From: Octopus vulgaris
Lineage: Eukaryota
Direction: 5' to 3'
NCBI GenBank assembly: GCA_951406725.2
Contig: OX597815.1
Coordinates: 22,382,001-22,446,000 of the forward strand
DNA length: 64,000 nt
This document shows, one piece after another, positions 42,451-54,559 of the stretch. Position numbers and translations under genes: made by a program. The number at the start of each line of letters is the position of its first letter. The stretch's first letter is position 1. The notes beneath the pieces were generated by a model. It saw only the letters and a list, made by a program, of their open reading frames with translations, ran no database searches and had not been told where the DNA came from.

Positions 42451-42618
42451 ATGCCTCAGTAATAGGTTTCTTCTTTGGTGGTGAAGGAGGTGATGGAGGT
42501 GGTGGTGTTTTGCAGGTACAAGAGCCAGATGTATCACACGAACACCACCCACCAGCTTGCTTAATACCCTTTGGTGGCTTGTATTTTGTATTCAGTGAAC
42601 CTCCGTTAACATTTTTTA
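42451..42618 (-). CDS. RET: RET-like RTK exon, CRD part 2 plus proline-rich stalk: LKNVNGGSLNTKYKPPKGIKQAGGWCSCDTSGSCTCKTPPPPSPPSPPKKKPITEA
   Basis: Acceptor ttttatttcag|TA, donor T|gtaagt, 168 nt, phase 1-1. KGIK...CxC...CxC matches RET RGIKAGYGTCNC...CFC. Confidence 0.92.
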
Positions 42619-42676
42619 CTGAAATAAAAATGCAAATTGAATGTAATACAAAAAGAATTGTGTTTTTTTTTATATA

Positions 42677-43060
42677 TCTTTATATATAAAAGAGAGGTTG
42701 TGTGTCTGTCTCCTACGATTTAGATTCCTAACTACTCCCACATTTTGCGGTGCAGTTTAACCAAAACCGGGTATCTTATAGTCGTGATTCATATCGAGCC
42801 CTTCTGGGTATTAGCGCGCGTCTACGATGAGTCTACGATTTTTAAAGAAATTTACCATAATTTTTTTCCATTTTAATGCATTTTTTTCGCTATTATATAA
42901 GGGAAGTAACTCTCTAAAAATGTCTACGATGAGTCAACGATTTAAAAAAATTTACCATTTTTAATGCATTTTTTTGGCTATTTTTTGGCTATAACTCTCT
43001 AAAAATGCTTATATAGTTATTTCCCTTACAAACCCGAGCAACGCCGGGCGATACTGCTAG
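42677..43060 (+). mobile_element. Non-autonomous Helitron, copy 2
   Basis: Near-identical to 40476-40870 with the same termini. Confidence 0.85.
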
Positions 43061-44444
43061 TATAAATATAAATTTTGCTTGACCAAAAGCAAAATATCGT
43101 AAGAGATCCAAGAAAAAAATATTATTTACAAAATAATTAAAATGATACAGGGCATTCTGACAACTTGCAGAGAAGAGGCATTTTGATTTCTACATTAACA
43201 TCTAATGCTTGGTTAAAGTCAAATACTGCAAATAACTTATCACAAGGAAAAAAGAGAAAAAGATGAGAAATAAGGAAAGGCAAGATATGATTTAAAAGCA
43301 AGGTTTTCGAAACATTTTGTATTCAGGTAAAAAAAATGTGTGTAGATATTTCTTCAGAAACATTTGCTAGTAGAGCTGCATAAAGATTTTTTTTTTAATT
43401 TGGGAAGAAGATTCGTTGTTTTAATTGGTCTCAAGTGAGCCAATTAATCGGATCCTGTGTTTAGGGTCAGATAAACTAATTTATAACCCTATTTACATTT
43501 GTAGTAGAAATACTTTTTTTTTTTTTTTTATCAGTGCATTCTCATTTCATATTTTTACTGTGAAGAAATGATATCTTGTTTTTATCAGAAATTCCAAGTT
43601 TGCAGAAAGCATGACCTGTTAATGTATCTTAATTCAAGGTTTCTGGGAATGGAGAATCGGTAATCTATTTAACAGATACCTTCACAAATTCAGTAGAATT
43701 AGACAACTGTCAGGGAACGGCTTGTTGCGTAAGCATGTTAAACAGACAAAGAAGCGTTCAATGTTATGTCTGGTAGAAATTAAAGAAACAGAAAATATAA
43801 ACAAGTGGTACGCTCAAAAGTAGATCCACCATGACTTAAGTCTAAAAGGGACAGCTTAAATAACTTCTTATGTTAAGTAAAACAACAATATTTGCAACCA
43901 AAGTCATGAAAATATTGGATATCAAATCAATGATTATAATAATACTTATAAGCAAATAAACATTCAACTACCACGAATATTAGAATAAGCGCTACAGGAT
44001 GATATATTATAAGAGTGAGGGTGTACACTAGCAACATGAACGTCCACTACAATTCGTATATTGTAAAATTTTAATATTTTATATTTTAATAATGATCACT
44101 TTTATAACTAAGTTCAAAGATGATTTGGAAATGAGAAGTGAGTCAAGTTGAAACAGATTCTGCTAAAGATGGATAATCACGGCACAGTCTCTACTTATTG
44201 ACAATAAAAATGTTATTGCTACAGTAATATATAGGATAGTAATTATTTCTTGCATTGACACAAGGCCAGCAATTTGAATGTGAACATATCGTGTAGCGAA
44301 TTGCCGCAGCATCAGCCTGATACTTATTGAACCCGGTTTGATGAAATGCAAAGACAATCAAGAAAGATTTGAACTGAGGTCTTAGGGAAATGTAACAAAG
44401 CAGGACAAGGAATTTAGTTTAATGTTTAATATATCTGTCACTCA

Positions 44445-45230
44445 AGGTGGTGAGCTGGCAGAAACGTTAGCACGCCGGACGAAATGTGTAGCCGTATTTC
44501 GTCTGCCGCTACGTTCTGAGTTCAAATTCCGCCGAGGTCGACTTTGCCTTTCATCCTTTCGGGGTCGATAAATTAAGTGCCAGTTATGCACTGGGGTCGA
44601 TGTAATCGACTTAATCCGTTTGTCTGTCCTTGTTTGTCTCCTGTCTTTATGTTCTGATTTCAAATTCCGCCGAGATCGACTTTACCTTCATCCTTTCGAG
44701 GTCGATACGTATCAGTTGCGTACTGGGGTCGATCTAATCGACTGGCCCCTTCCCAAAAAATGTCGGGCCTTGTGCTTAGAGTAGAAAAGAATATATCTGT
44801 CACTCAATGCGGCGATCTGGTAGAAACGTTAGCACGCTGAGGAAAATACTTAGTGGTGTTTGAATCCAGATCGTAAAGATGGACGTATTTACGTTCTGGG
44901 TTCAAATGCCACTGGGGTCGACTTTGCCTCTCATCCTTTTCAGAGTTGATAAAATAAATACCAGTTGAGCTCTTGGGTCGATTTAATTTCTCCCGAAAAT
45001 ATTGGCCTTGTGTCAAAATTTGAAACATTTAAGGCGGCGTACTGGAAGAATCGGTATCACGCCGGGCAATTCGGTCCATCTTTACGTTGTAAGCTCAAAT
45101 TTCGCTGAGGTTGACTTTGCTTTTCATTTTTCTGTTTCGATAACACAAGTAACAGTTGAGAACTGGAGTCGGTGTAATCAACTAGCCCCCGTCCTTCGAA
45201 AGTGCTGGCCTTGTGTCAAAATTTGAAACT
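44445..45230 (+). mobile_element. Tandem cluster of about four family B SINE copies of different ages
   Basis: Repeated GTCGACTTTGCC.TTCATCCTTT cores near 44540, 44680, 44920 and 45110. Confidence 0.75.
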
Positions 45231-45531
45231 AATATTTCTGCCAATTTAGTGCCCTTATCAGTTAAACAGGGATATTTGACATTGGTGTAAGGATGCAAAA
45301 TTTTTGTTGAGGGGCCCTACCAAGCTAACTTATCAACGTGCGTTTAGTATTCATTTTATTGATTCTATACAGATGAAACTCAACATCGACCTTGATCAGA
45401 TTTGCAATCAGAAATAAAAGTGACATAACATAACTATATTTCAGAAGGAATTTGTTTTTGGCACTGTACCGTTTCTGCCGTTAACACTGTGTTTATATAG
45501 ATATTAATAATATAATAACTGTATTTTAACA

Positions 45532-45634
<103 letters not shown>

Positions 45635-46084
45635 GGGATCACTGATTGTAATAGCTTACTTTAATGTCAAACTTTTTCTAGAGGCAGAAAAAGAAGCGAT
45701 TGCCAACTGCTTTTCCAGACGAGACTAAGCTTATCTACCATTTGCATTGTAGAAGGAATAAACTTACAGCATCGACTCTCAGTAGTAACCGGTGCATTAA
45801 TAACGTTAGTGACGTTAAATAATTACAGCTAAGAATTGAATACAGATCGAAGTTTTCCGCTACTCGGAACTTCTATAAAGTCGCTCACAAGACACTGTGT
45901 TAAAATAAGCATTTCGTATTTATGTCCGAAGCGTTAGGCAGAGTTGAATTTGCTGTCGTTGAATACACAGCATTCAGAACTAAGATCATAGGTATGAAGG
46001 TCAAACAATTCAAAATTAATACAGTAGTTGTTTTATCAAAGCGTCAGTAACATAGTTCCATGTAGAATTCAGGATAAAAACATG

Positions 46085-46251
46085 TTTCTTTATTACCCAC
46101 AAGGAGCTAAACATAGAAGGGACAAACAAGGACAGACAAACGGATTAAGTCGATTACATCGACCCTCAAGTGCGTAACTGGTACTTAATTTATCGACCCC
46201 GAAAGGATGAAAGGCAAAGTCGACCTCGGCGGAATTTGAACTCAGAACGTA
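46085..46251 (-). mobile_element. SINE family B, 5'-truncated
   Basis: Reverse complement of the family B 3' part; AAAAACAT flanks. Confidence 0.8.
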
Positions 46252-47074
46252 AAAACATATCATGTGTCATACTACATTACATTTTTGCTGTATTCAATAA
46301 TGATACAGTCTGCGAGAAAAGGACCCTGGACAGAATAATCACGAATCTATTGAATCTGAATCATAACTGAATGAGATCATGTATGGAATTTAACGGACTT
46401 TTCATCATTCTGTTCTCTAATAGTCATGATTTGTTTTCTTTCGAGAATTTTGTAAATGTAGGTAAATTGCGGAATGTTTGGACTGTATTATACATGACAG
46501 CATTATATTTTAGCAAACACAAAGTTGATATCAATGATATCTGACCTTAAGGAAGTCTGTGACAAATTTCTATAACAACTTGAGCAATGATAATAACAAT
46601 TTCCTCTTTGTTTGTAAAATAAAGATTTTTTGGATATCAAGTTAACAGGGAGGAAGTAATATCAAATATCATTAGTGCTTGAACTCTGTGATAGCGCATA
46701 CATTTTAGTCTGGGACGGAAAGCTACCTTATCTTCAATTCAGTTTTTCTCTTGGTGCAATATTTCCTAAGGTTGTTCACAAGATAATCGACTGAAAGGGT
46801 TTCAACAGAATGTTGTGGTTTAGTTTTGGTGACCTTTCCACACAAGTCTAACCTCATAGAATCCAGAGCAAATCTTTAAGACTATGACATGCCGACAAAA
46901 TATATTTATATCATTCCCACAAATGTAAAGAAAATATAAGAAGAATCTAAGAAAAAAGTGAGAGTTAGAAAGAGTGAGTGAGAGTTAGAAAGAGTAAGTG
47001 AGAGAGAGAGAGGGAGAGAGAGTAAACGGAGGAGGAAGGGGTGGAAAGAGACGAAGCAAGAAACTGCTACTTAC

Positions 47075-47287
47075 ATGTGCAATCTTGTGGACATAACATA
47101 GGGTGATTACTTTCTACATCATCACAAATTCCATCTGGACAGTGCACTAGATTTGGGCTGCATGTTCCATAGAGAGCAGTAGGGGAGTGTTTAAGACCTT
47201 TCCGCACGTGACAATGACCGCTAATGGTTCCAAGGCCGCAATGAGATGTACATTCTTCTTTTGATTTATAAAACGAACAGCTGTAAC
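47075..47287 (-). CDS. RET: RET-like RTK exon, cysteine-rich domain part 1: GYSCSFYKSKEECTSHCGLGTISGHCHVRKGLKHSPTALYGTCSPNLVHCPDGICDDVESNHPMLCPQDCT
   Basis: Acceptor ttttatacag|GT, donor T|gtaagt, 213 nt, phase 1-1. Contains the diagnostic RET motif TCSP-x4-CPDG-x-CD-x2-E-x6-CPQDC. Confidence 0.95.
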
Positions 47288-47907
47288 CTGTATAAAATAA
47301 ACGTCAAACTAATGTTGTGTATGTGTAATATGTGTGTTATTGACTGTATATATTCAGAGACCTAAAAGTAAAAGAGGAAATGTGAAGGAAACTTATATGG
47401 AGAGACAAAGTAACAAGGAGTGGGTGTAGGTGAAATGAGAAAACTAGACACCGGTAGCAACACAGATAAAGTGAGAGAGAAATGCAGGAAAACGTGAGTT
47501 ACTTCGGAGGAGTGTGGAGAAGGACAGAGAAAGAAACAAAGCAAGAAAAACAAAGGATACGTGTTATTGCCGATAGATAGAAACGGTTCATTCTCCCACG
47601 GAGAGATGATAGTATGGATATATATATATATATTGGCCTGCTCGCTTAGCCAGCGGGGTGGCGTCAATCGAAGGCTAAAACAATGCGAACGCATTGTGAC
47701 CAGCGATGTGTAGCTACATCTGATGGTCTGGTCGGTCACGGGATCACGTGATATATATATATATATATATATACACGGAGCAAATAATTCTGGAGAAAAT
47801 ATTTGCGAAGATATTATTGACTCTATTATTATCTAGTGTAACAATTAAAAATGATAATAACAGAATCAATAATATAGGCGATTGCAGGCCTCAGCTATAT
47901 GTATACA

Positions 47908-49107
47908 CAGACATGCAGGAAGTAAATAGACACCTTTAATTTTCAAAATCTTTTATTTAATACGCAAAGCGAACAATTGAAATGTAATCGATCGGTAGGA
48001 CTACATACTTTAGTATTTAGTTGACATTCCCTTTGCTGTTTTTAATTCAGAAACTCTTTTTGGCATTTAACTGATAAGCTTTGTAATTTTATCTTGTGGA
48101 ATTTCTGCCCACTTTCCACGCAACAATCGAAACAATTCATCTTTAGATTTAGGTTTCTGTCGAGTTTTTCCTATAGCTCTATTTAGTATGCTCCAAAGAT
48201 TTTCAATTGGGTTCATGACAGGAGATTAGTTCGGCCAAAGAAGCTTTTTGATCCCATTTTGTGTCAACCATTGTTGATTCCTTTTCGCTGTGTGGCATTG
48301 AGTCTCATCTTCCATGAATAAAAACTCATTTTTCGTTATGTTATCGTGTGAATACATCGGAAGTAGTCCTTGCTAAAGTATTTCGATGTATTTTTCAGAG
48401 TTTATGGTTTCAACACATTCGATCAGTTCAGAGCGACTATTGCTGGTGACAACTTTCCATACCATTACAGAGATACCGCCAGTTAGTTGGAGTCGTTTCA
48501 AATCAAATTCTTGATTGGCAAGCCTACAGACACAAAGACGTCCAGAGTCTGAAAATGATGCAATTGTGGATTCATCTGAGAAAATCACTCTATCCCAAAA
48601 CGAACTGGATTTTTCTGACATCTTAGCCCATTTCTTTCTTTTCATGATATTAATTGGTTGAAGGAGATGTTTTCTTTTAGCTGCTCGTCCATAATACCCT
48701 AGCTTATGTAGATATGTAACACACGTTCTTGGACTAATTTCTAGCTGTTTTGCAATGTCAGATGCCTTCGAACGGGGTTCGTTTTCCACAATTCTCTTCA
48801 AACAGCAAAGCTTCCTTTCCGAGGGCCAAAGTCGACCGGGGCGAGAATCTGTTGATACTTTTCTTTGGCTTTGAATTGCACTATAATTCTATTAACAATA
48901 GCAAGAGGGATTTGAAGATTTTCGGCAATTTTTCGCTCAGATTGCCCAACAATACGACCTCTGAATTTTTGTACGTGGTGTGGTTACTCTTCGCACTTGG
49001 AATGATAAAGAATAATTACACTCTAAATTCTACACCGCTAAAAAACATATTAAGACGCTTAGATCAGAAATTTTGAAAATTAAAGGTGTCTATTTACTTC
49101 CTGCATG

Positions 49108-49111
<4 letters not shown>
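47908..49111 (-). mobile_element. Defective Tc1-family DNA transposon
   Basis: About 42-bp perfect TIRs CAGACATGCAGGAAGTAAATAGACACCTTTAATTTTCAAAAT. Transposase remnants VIFSDES, MEDETQCHT, SP.MNPIENLW. Confidence 0.92.
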
Positions 49112-49149
<38 letters not shown>

Positions 49150-49426
49150 ACGTATGTATATACATATGGTTAGTAGAGTTAGAGTTTGGAATAGCTGTCT
49201 AAGGGATAGAAATATCCGGTTTACTACCGGTATAATTACCTATGTTAACCCTGGGCATACATATGCAAACATATTACGCTCATAGGTTACAGGCAATGTC
49301 AAAGATAAACATGATTTTATCCGGAATCAAATTTAAAGTAAACAGAAAATGGAGAAATGTTGATCAACAACAATTGACTAACATCGATTATTACTTTTTA
49401 ATACAAATAGACATTATCCCATCCAA

Positions 49427-49764
49427 CAGCTGTTTCTGCTTCCAATGTTCCACACTATTGCCATTGAAAATTCTGAAAATAATATTTTTATATTCATCAT
49501 ATTTGGTAACACATCCGATCTGGAACATGGAGTTTCATCAGTGAAGAAAAATACATAAAAGAAAAGAAAAGAGCCTCGAGAAGAAGAAAGGTTTAATATA
49601 TTTAAATCTTCTTCTGGAGGCTCTTCTTTTCTTTTCTTTTCTTTCGTGTATTTTCCTTTACTCAGATGAAGCTCCATGTTTCAGATTGGATGTGTTACCA
49701 AACACGATGAATATTATTTTCAGAAATTTGAATAGCGATACCGTGGAACAATCGTGAATAGCTG
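49427..49764. repeat. Long imperfect palindrome (about 165-bp arms)
   Basis: TTCATCATATTTGGTAACACATCCGATCTGGAACATGGAG pairs with CTCCATGTTTCAGATTGGATGTGTTACCAAACACGATGAA; centre near 49598. Confidence 0.85.
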
Positions 49765-50345
49765 CTAGTATTACATTGAATGATGATTTATTGGCTTTCT
49801 AAACTTTATCATGATTTTATTATTAGTAATTTATTAACTCCTAGGCTGAGTATACCTGTGCGTGTGGTGTATGTGTGTGTGTGTATGCGCGCGCATTTGT
49901 GTGTATAAAACATAACTGAAGAGTTTATTCATAAATTGTTTATTTAAATCATCTTACACATATTTCATAACCATTATTATCTGTAATGTGAGGAAAACTT
50001 CATAAGTAGATTACAGTTATAAATTTTCAGAGACTGCATAACAATCAGACAGTGTTATTGATATCAACGTCTACAATGTATCGAACTCTTTTATTCCTGC
50101 GTCTGTGTATATATATGAATGATGTGATTTAATAAAATAGTAATTAAATTAAAGAGTATTGATTAGATATGAATCTTGAGATCACCCTGCTAAATTCTCT
50201 TTGCAACAAAATATTGATCCACTAGAATTCTTGGTGGGACCACTGCAGTGAATGACGTAAATGAAGTAAACTAAAGAGTTACTAACCTAGTATCATTTAG
50301 AAGGTAATGAGCGTCAGTATTTCCATTACCACTGAATTATGCATA

Positions 50346-50754
50346 TACTCTTTACTCTTTACTCTTTTACCTGTTTCAATCATTTGACTGCGGCCATGCT
50401 GGAGCACCACCTTTAGTCGAGCAAATCGACCCCGGGACTTATTCTTTGTAAACCCAGTACTTATTCTATCGGTCTCTTTTGCCGAACCGCTAAGTGACGG
50501 GGACGTAAACACACCAGCATCGGTTGTCAAGCAATGCTAGGGGGACAAACACAGACACACAAACACACACACACATATATATATATACATATATACGACA
50601 GGCTTCTTTCAGTTTCCGTCTACCAAATCCACTCACAAGGCATTGGTCGGCCCGGGGCTATAGCAGAAGACACTTGCCCAAGATGCCACGCAGTGGGACT
50701 GAACCCGGAACCATGTGGTTGGTTAGCAAGCTACTTACCACACAGCCACTCCTG
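50346..50754 (-). mobile_element. SINE family A
   Basis: Near full-length reverse copy. Confidence 0.88.
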
Positions 50755-50887
50755 TTTATTTTCCTTGAAATATATGCGTAACTTCTAAATATGTTAAAAA
50801 GTGGATATATTACATATTTTTTTTTAATCGTATTTGCTATTGAAGATAGTAAATGTGATGGAGGAAAGTGTTTAATACTATAGTGAT

Positions 50888-51044
50888 GGAGTAGCTGTGT
50901 GGTAAGTAACTTGATTACCAACCACATTGTTCCGAGTTCAGTCCCACTGTGTGACACCTTGGGCAAGTGTCTTCTACTATAGCCTCGGGCCGACCAAGGC
51001 CTTGTGAGTGGATTTGGTAGACGGAAGCTTAAAAAAAGCCCGTC

Positions 51045-51098
<54 letters not shown>

Positions 51099-51349
51099 TT
51101 ATTTATTTAGTTAGTTAGTTATTTATATATATATATGCATGTGTGTGTATATGTGTGTGTGTGTCTCACTAACATCGCTTGACAACCGATGCTGGTGTGT
51201 TTCGTCCCCGTAACTTAGCGGTTCGGCTAAAAGACCGCTAGAATAAGTACTAGGAGTACAAAAAATAAGTCTTGGGGGTCGATTTGCTCGACTAAAGCTG
51301 GTGCTCCAGCATGGCCGCAGTCAAAATGACTAAAACACGTAAAAGAGTA
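50888..51349 (+). mobile_element. SINE family A
   Basis: Near full-length forward copy, head-to-head with 50346-50754. Confidence 0.88.
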
Positions 51350-51500
51350 ATCTGAGTTATTACTTCGTAGAAACAAGTTGGTAAAGAGACAGATAGGTAG
51401 GTAGGTAGGTAGGTAGGTAGGTAGGTAGGTAGGTAGGTAGGTAGGTAGGTAAAAATAAAAGCAGTTAGTTAGAATGACAATAGAGTTCTCGTATACAAAC

Positions 51501-51741
51501 CACATTCGCCTGTAACGTTAACTGGAGTGTCGTCAATGTTGACAGTAATGTGAACCTTCTCCTGGACAACGTTGCCCTTCATGATCTTCACTTTGAACTT
51601 AATAACTTTGTGTGACGTCGATCGAAGTGCCAACTCGCTGTCTACATATACAATCCCTGTGTACCATGAGACGGCGAATATTGTTGTTTCTCGAGGATCA
51701 ATATAGAAATGGTCTCCACCTTTATCGGGTATTTTGTAAAT
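51501..51741 (-). CDS. RET: RET-like RTK exon, cadherin-like domain 4: IYKIPDKGGDHFYIDPRETTIFAVSWYTGIVYVDSELALRSTSHKVIKFKVKIMKGNVVQEKVHITVNIDDTPVNVTGEC
   Basis: Acceptor ttcatttcag|ATT, donor G|gtttgt, 241 nt, phase 0-1, open frame. TGIVYVDSELALR resembles RET SGILFVNDTKALR. Confidence 0.9.
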
Positions 51742-51806
51742 CTGAAATGAACAATTGTAATGAATGATAAGAATGAATGATCATAAAACTATCATTTTAT
51801 ATGTTA

Positions 51807-52199
51807 CTAGCAGTATCGCCCGGCGTTGCTCGGGTTTGTAAGGGAAATAACTATATACGCATTTTTAGAGATGTAAAGTATAATAGCCATCTCAATATGG
51901 CTAACCACAAAGGGGGGTGTTACTGTAGCTTTTTACGTTCTGAGATTTAATAATACATTTTTAGAGAGTTACTTCCCTTATATAATAGCAAAAAAATGCA
52001 TTAAAATGGAAAAAATGATGGTAAATTATTTTTAAAATCGTAGACTCATCGTAGACGCGCGCTAATACCCAGAAGGGCTCGATATGAATCACGACTATAA
52101 GATACCCGGTTTTGGTTAAACTGCACCGCAAAATGTGGGAGTAGTTAGGAATCTAAATCGTAGGAGACAGACACACAACCTTACTTTTATATATAAAGA
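51807..52199 (-). mobile_element. Non-autonomous Helitron, copy 3 (inverted, different internal segment)
   Basis: Reverse complement of copies 1 and 2, with TC...CTAG termini. Confidence 0.85.
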
Positions 52200-52429
52200 T
52201 GTATTTAATTGAAGAATGGTCCCCTTTAGCCACTTTGGTTATCCGATTTATCTCCATCTCTCCCTATTGTACCACTCGTGTGGTAACTGCACTGAAAATT
52301 GGGTTAGAGCAGTGCAAATCTCTATCCATTCAAAACCACTTCAGGCGGAGGAACGTTTTGGACTCCCGTATGTGTCTGTGCGTCGGTGTATGTGTGCGTG
52401 TGTAAGTGGGTGTGTGTATGTTACTATCA

Positions 52430-52663
52430 AGGCGGCGAGCTGGCAGAATCGTTAGCACGCCGGGCGAAATGCGTTGCGGTATTTCGTCTGCCGTTACGTT
52501 GTGAGTTCAAATTCCGCCGAGGTCGACTTTGCCTTTCATCCTTTCGGAGTCGATTAATTTAGCACCAGTTACGCACTGGGGTCGATGTAATCGACTTAAT
52601 ACCTATGTCTGTCCTTGTTTGTCCCCTCTATGTTTAGCCCCTTGTGGGTAATAAAGAAATAGG
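52430..52663 (+). mobile_element. SINE family B with TSD
   Basis: Full copy flanked by GTATGTTACTATCA duplication. Confidence 0.85.
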
Positions 52664-53269
52664 TATGTTACTATCATGTAGACTATTGAGAGAAGAAGAC
52701 CAGTGACCATTGGGCAGTCAGAGTGAGTAAATTACGTATATCTACCGTGTGGACATAACCCTCTAAATAGCATTATCTAATAATCTAAAAAGCTTCATTG
52801 CCACTCTGCCTCACTCTTTATAACACGTAAAGCTAATCTAAGGCACATAAATATGCAATTGTTTCAATATATATATTATTGTTATGCCTATCGATCCATA
52901 CGAATGATTCCTACGAATAAGATCAATTCGTAGCTGTATGTAATTATGTAACATTCTTTCAAGTTTTGAGAGATATGCTTCAATTTGAAAGAATCGATAT
53001 CTACTACTATTCATGTGTATTAAAGGTATTTGTCATTACCTCATCTCTTAATTCTAGTCAACTAATATAATTGCAGTTTGATTGTATTCTACAGCCATCG
53101 TTTAAATAACGTCGAAAACAGAATCTCATAAAGAGAAGAATATTTAATGACATTTGTATTACATTTTCTTTCGTCAATGATTATAAACTACATGCATTTT
53201 CACACACACGCACACATATACATACATGTGCACACGTACATACATACAATATCCCACAATGCATTTTTG

Positions 53270-54218
53270 CAGTACCAGCGCTGATTCAAATATTTTGGAT
53301 ACGTGATTGGTTTGTAGAGGAAGTTCACTCCATAGACGTTAAAACCCGCAAGTTACTGAGAACAGCTGGAAATCACAGAAATGGTGATATCGTCAGGCTC
53401 TTCCAAGGAAAAGATGAAGGAGGTATAGACTTGAGATCAGTGCAGACAGCTTTCGAATATCGAAATGTCTTTCAGACAGCATTTGCTAAACAACAGTAGC
53501 AAAATAAATTCAAGTAACTTAGGGCTTAAAAATGAACAGAACAATACCTATCTTGTCGGCAGTGGGATCCTCAGGAAGTACTCTCTTCCTGATAACCTCT
53601 ATACAATCCCCGAAACAGCCGGACTAACATAACTGGAAGAAGACTTGGATGTGAAACGCTCAGCATACAAAAACAATAGACCATGTTTCCGTATGACTTC
53701 AAGAAGACAGTAATATCGACATGGTTTGAAGCCTTTCTTGGATTCCTGACCGCTCTTACAATCCTAGAACAGGAGATTGTAGCAAAATACCTAATTACTT
53801 AATAAACAAAAGATATAGTGAAGCCCTTGGAGCTCCAAAGTGAAACTGAAAGTAAAGATTACATTATATTTCTGTGGAAGACTTCACACTTGTGATTATC
53901 AGCTGCCCAAAGATGTCATCAAGGCATTATCTCTCAATGCCACTCGACGTTGTCGGTAAAACAATGTACAATGCCATTCGGAATAAAGACTGTTCTGGAA
54001 TAGGTATAGAGAATCCCCCTGTTATTGAATATATACACAAACATCAACACAAGGAATATAGTGGAACATTCCCATCAAAACAACTGTCAAGTGTGAACAT
54101 AACAGGTCGAATATTGTTTGGGACAGACAATAAAAAAATATATACCGTTATAGAAATCAGTAGTCCTGCGTCCTGCGGATGTGAAAATTGCATTGAAGCC
54201 TCCAGCTTCTATATCCAT

Positions 54219-54249
<31 letters not shown>

Positions 54250-54500
54250 GCCAATAACAATTGGTGCCTCTTGGTTTTGTGAGTAAATACCTAAACTACA
54301 TTATGAATAAGCTAGGATTTTTAGAAAAAGAAATCAACCAACTCACATATTACAAATAAAATCTGTAAGTGGGACAGTAAAAATACACAAGACTTTTCTC
54401 AAGGTTAAAATGTGACATTGTTTTTGTTTTCTACATCCCAACGATAGAGCTTTCTATCTTTGTTAGAAACCAGCTCCTTCTTCAGAGGAAGAATTTAGAT
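53270..54500 (+). mobile_element. Highly degenerate R4-like non-LTR retrotransposon fragment
   Basis: EQEIV.KYL, IISCPKMSSRHYL..P.DVV.K, HNRS, VIEISSP, LGF....I. Confidence 0.65.
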
Positions 54501-54559
54501 AATTAAATGCATATGAGAACATAAAAATCGTCATAAGACCTCTCAGCTTACAACAAGCA

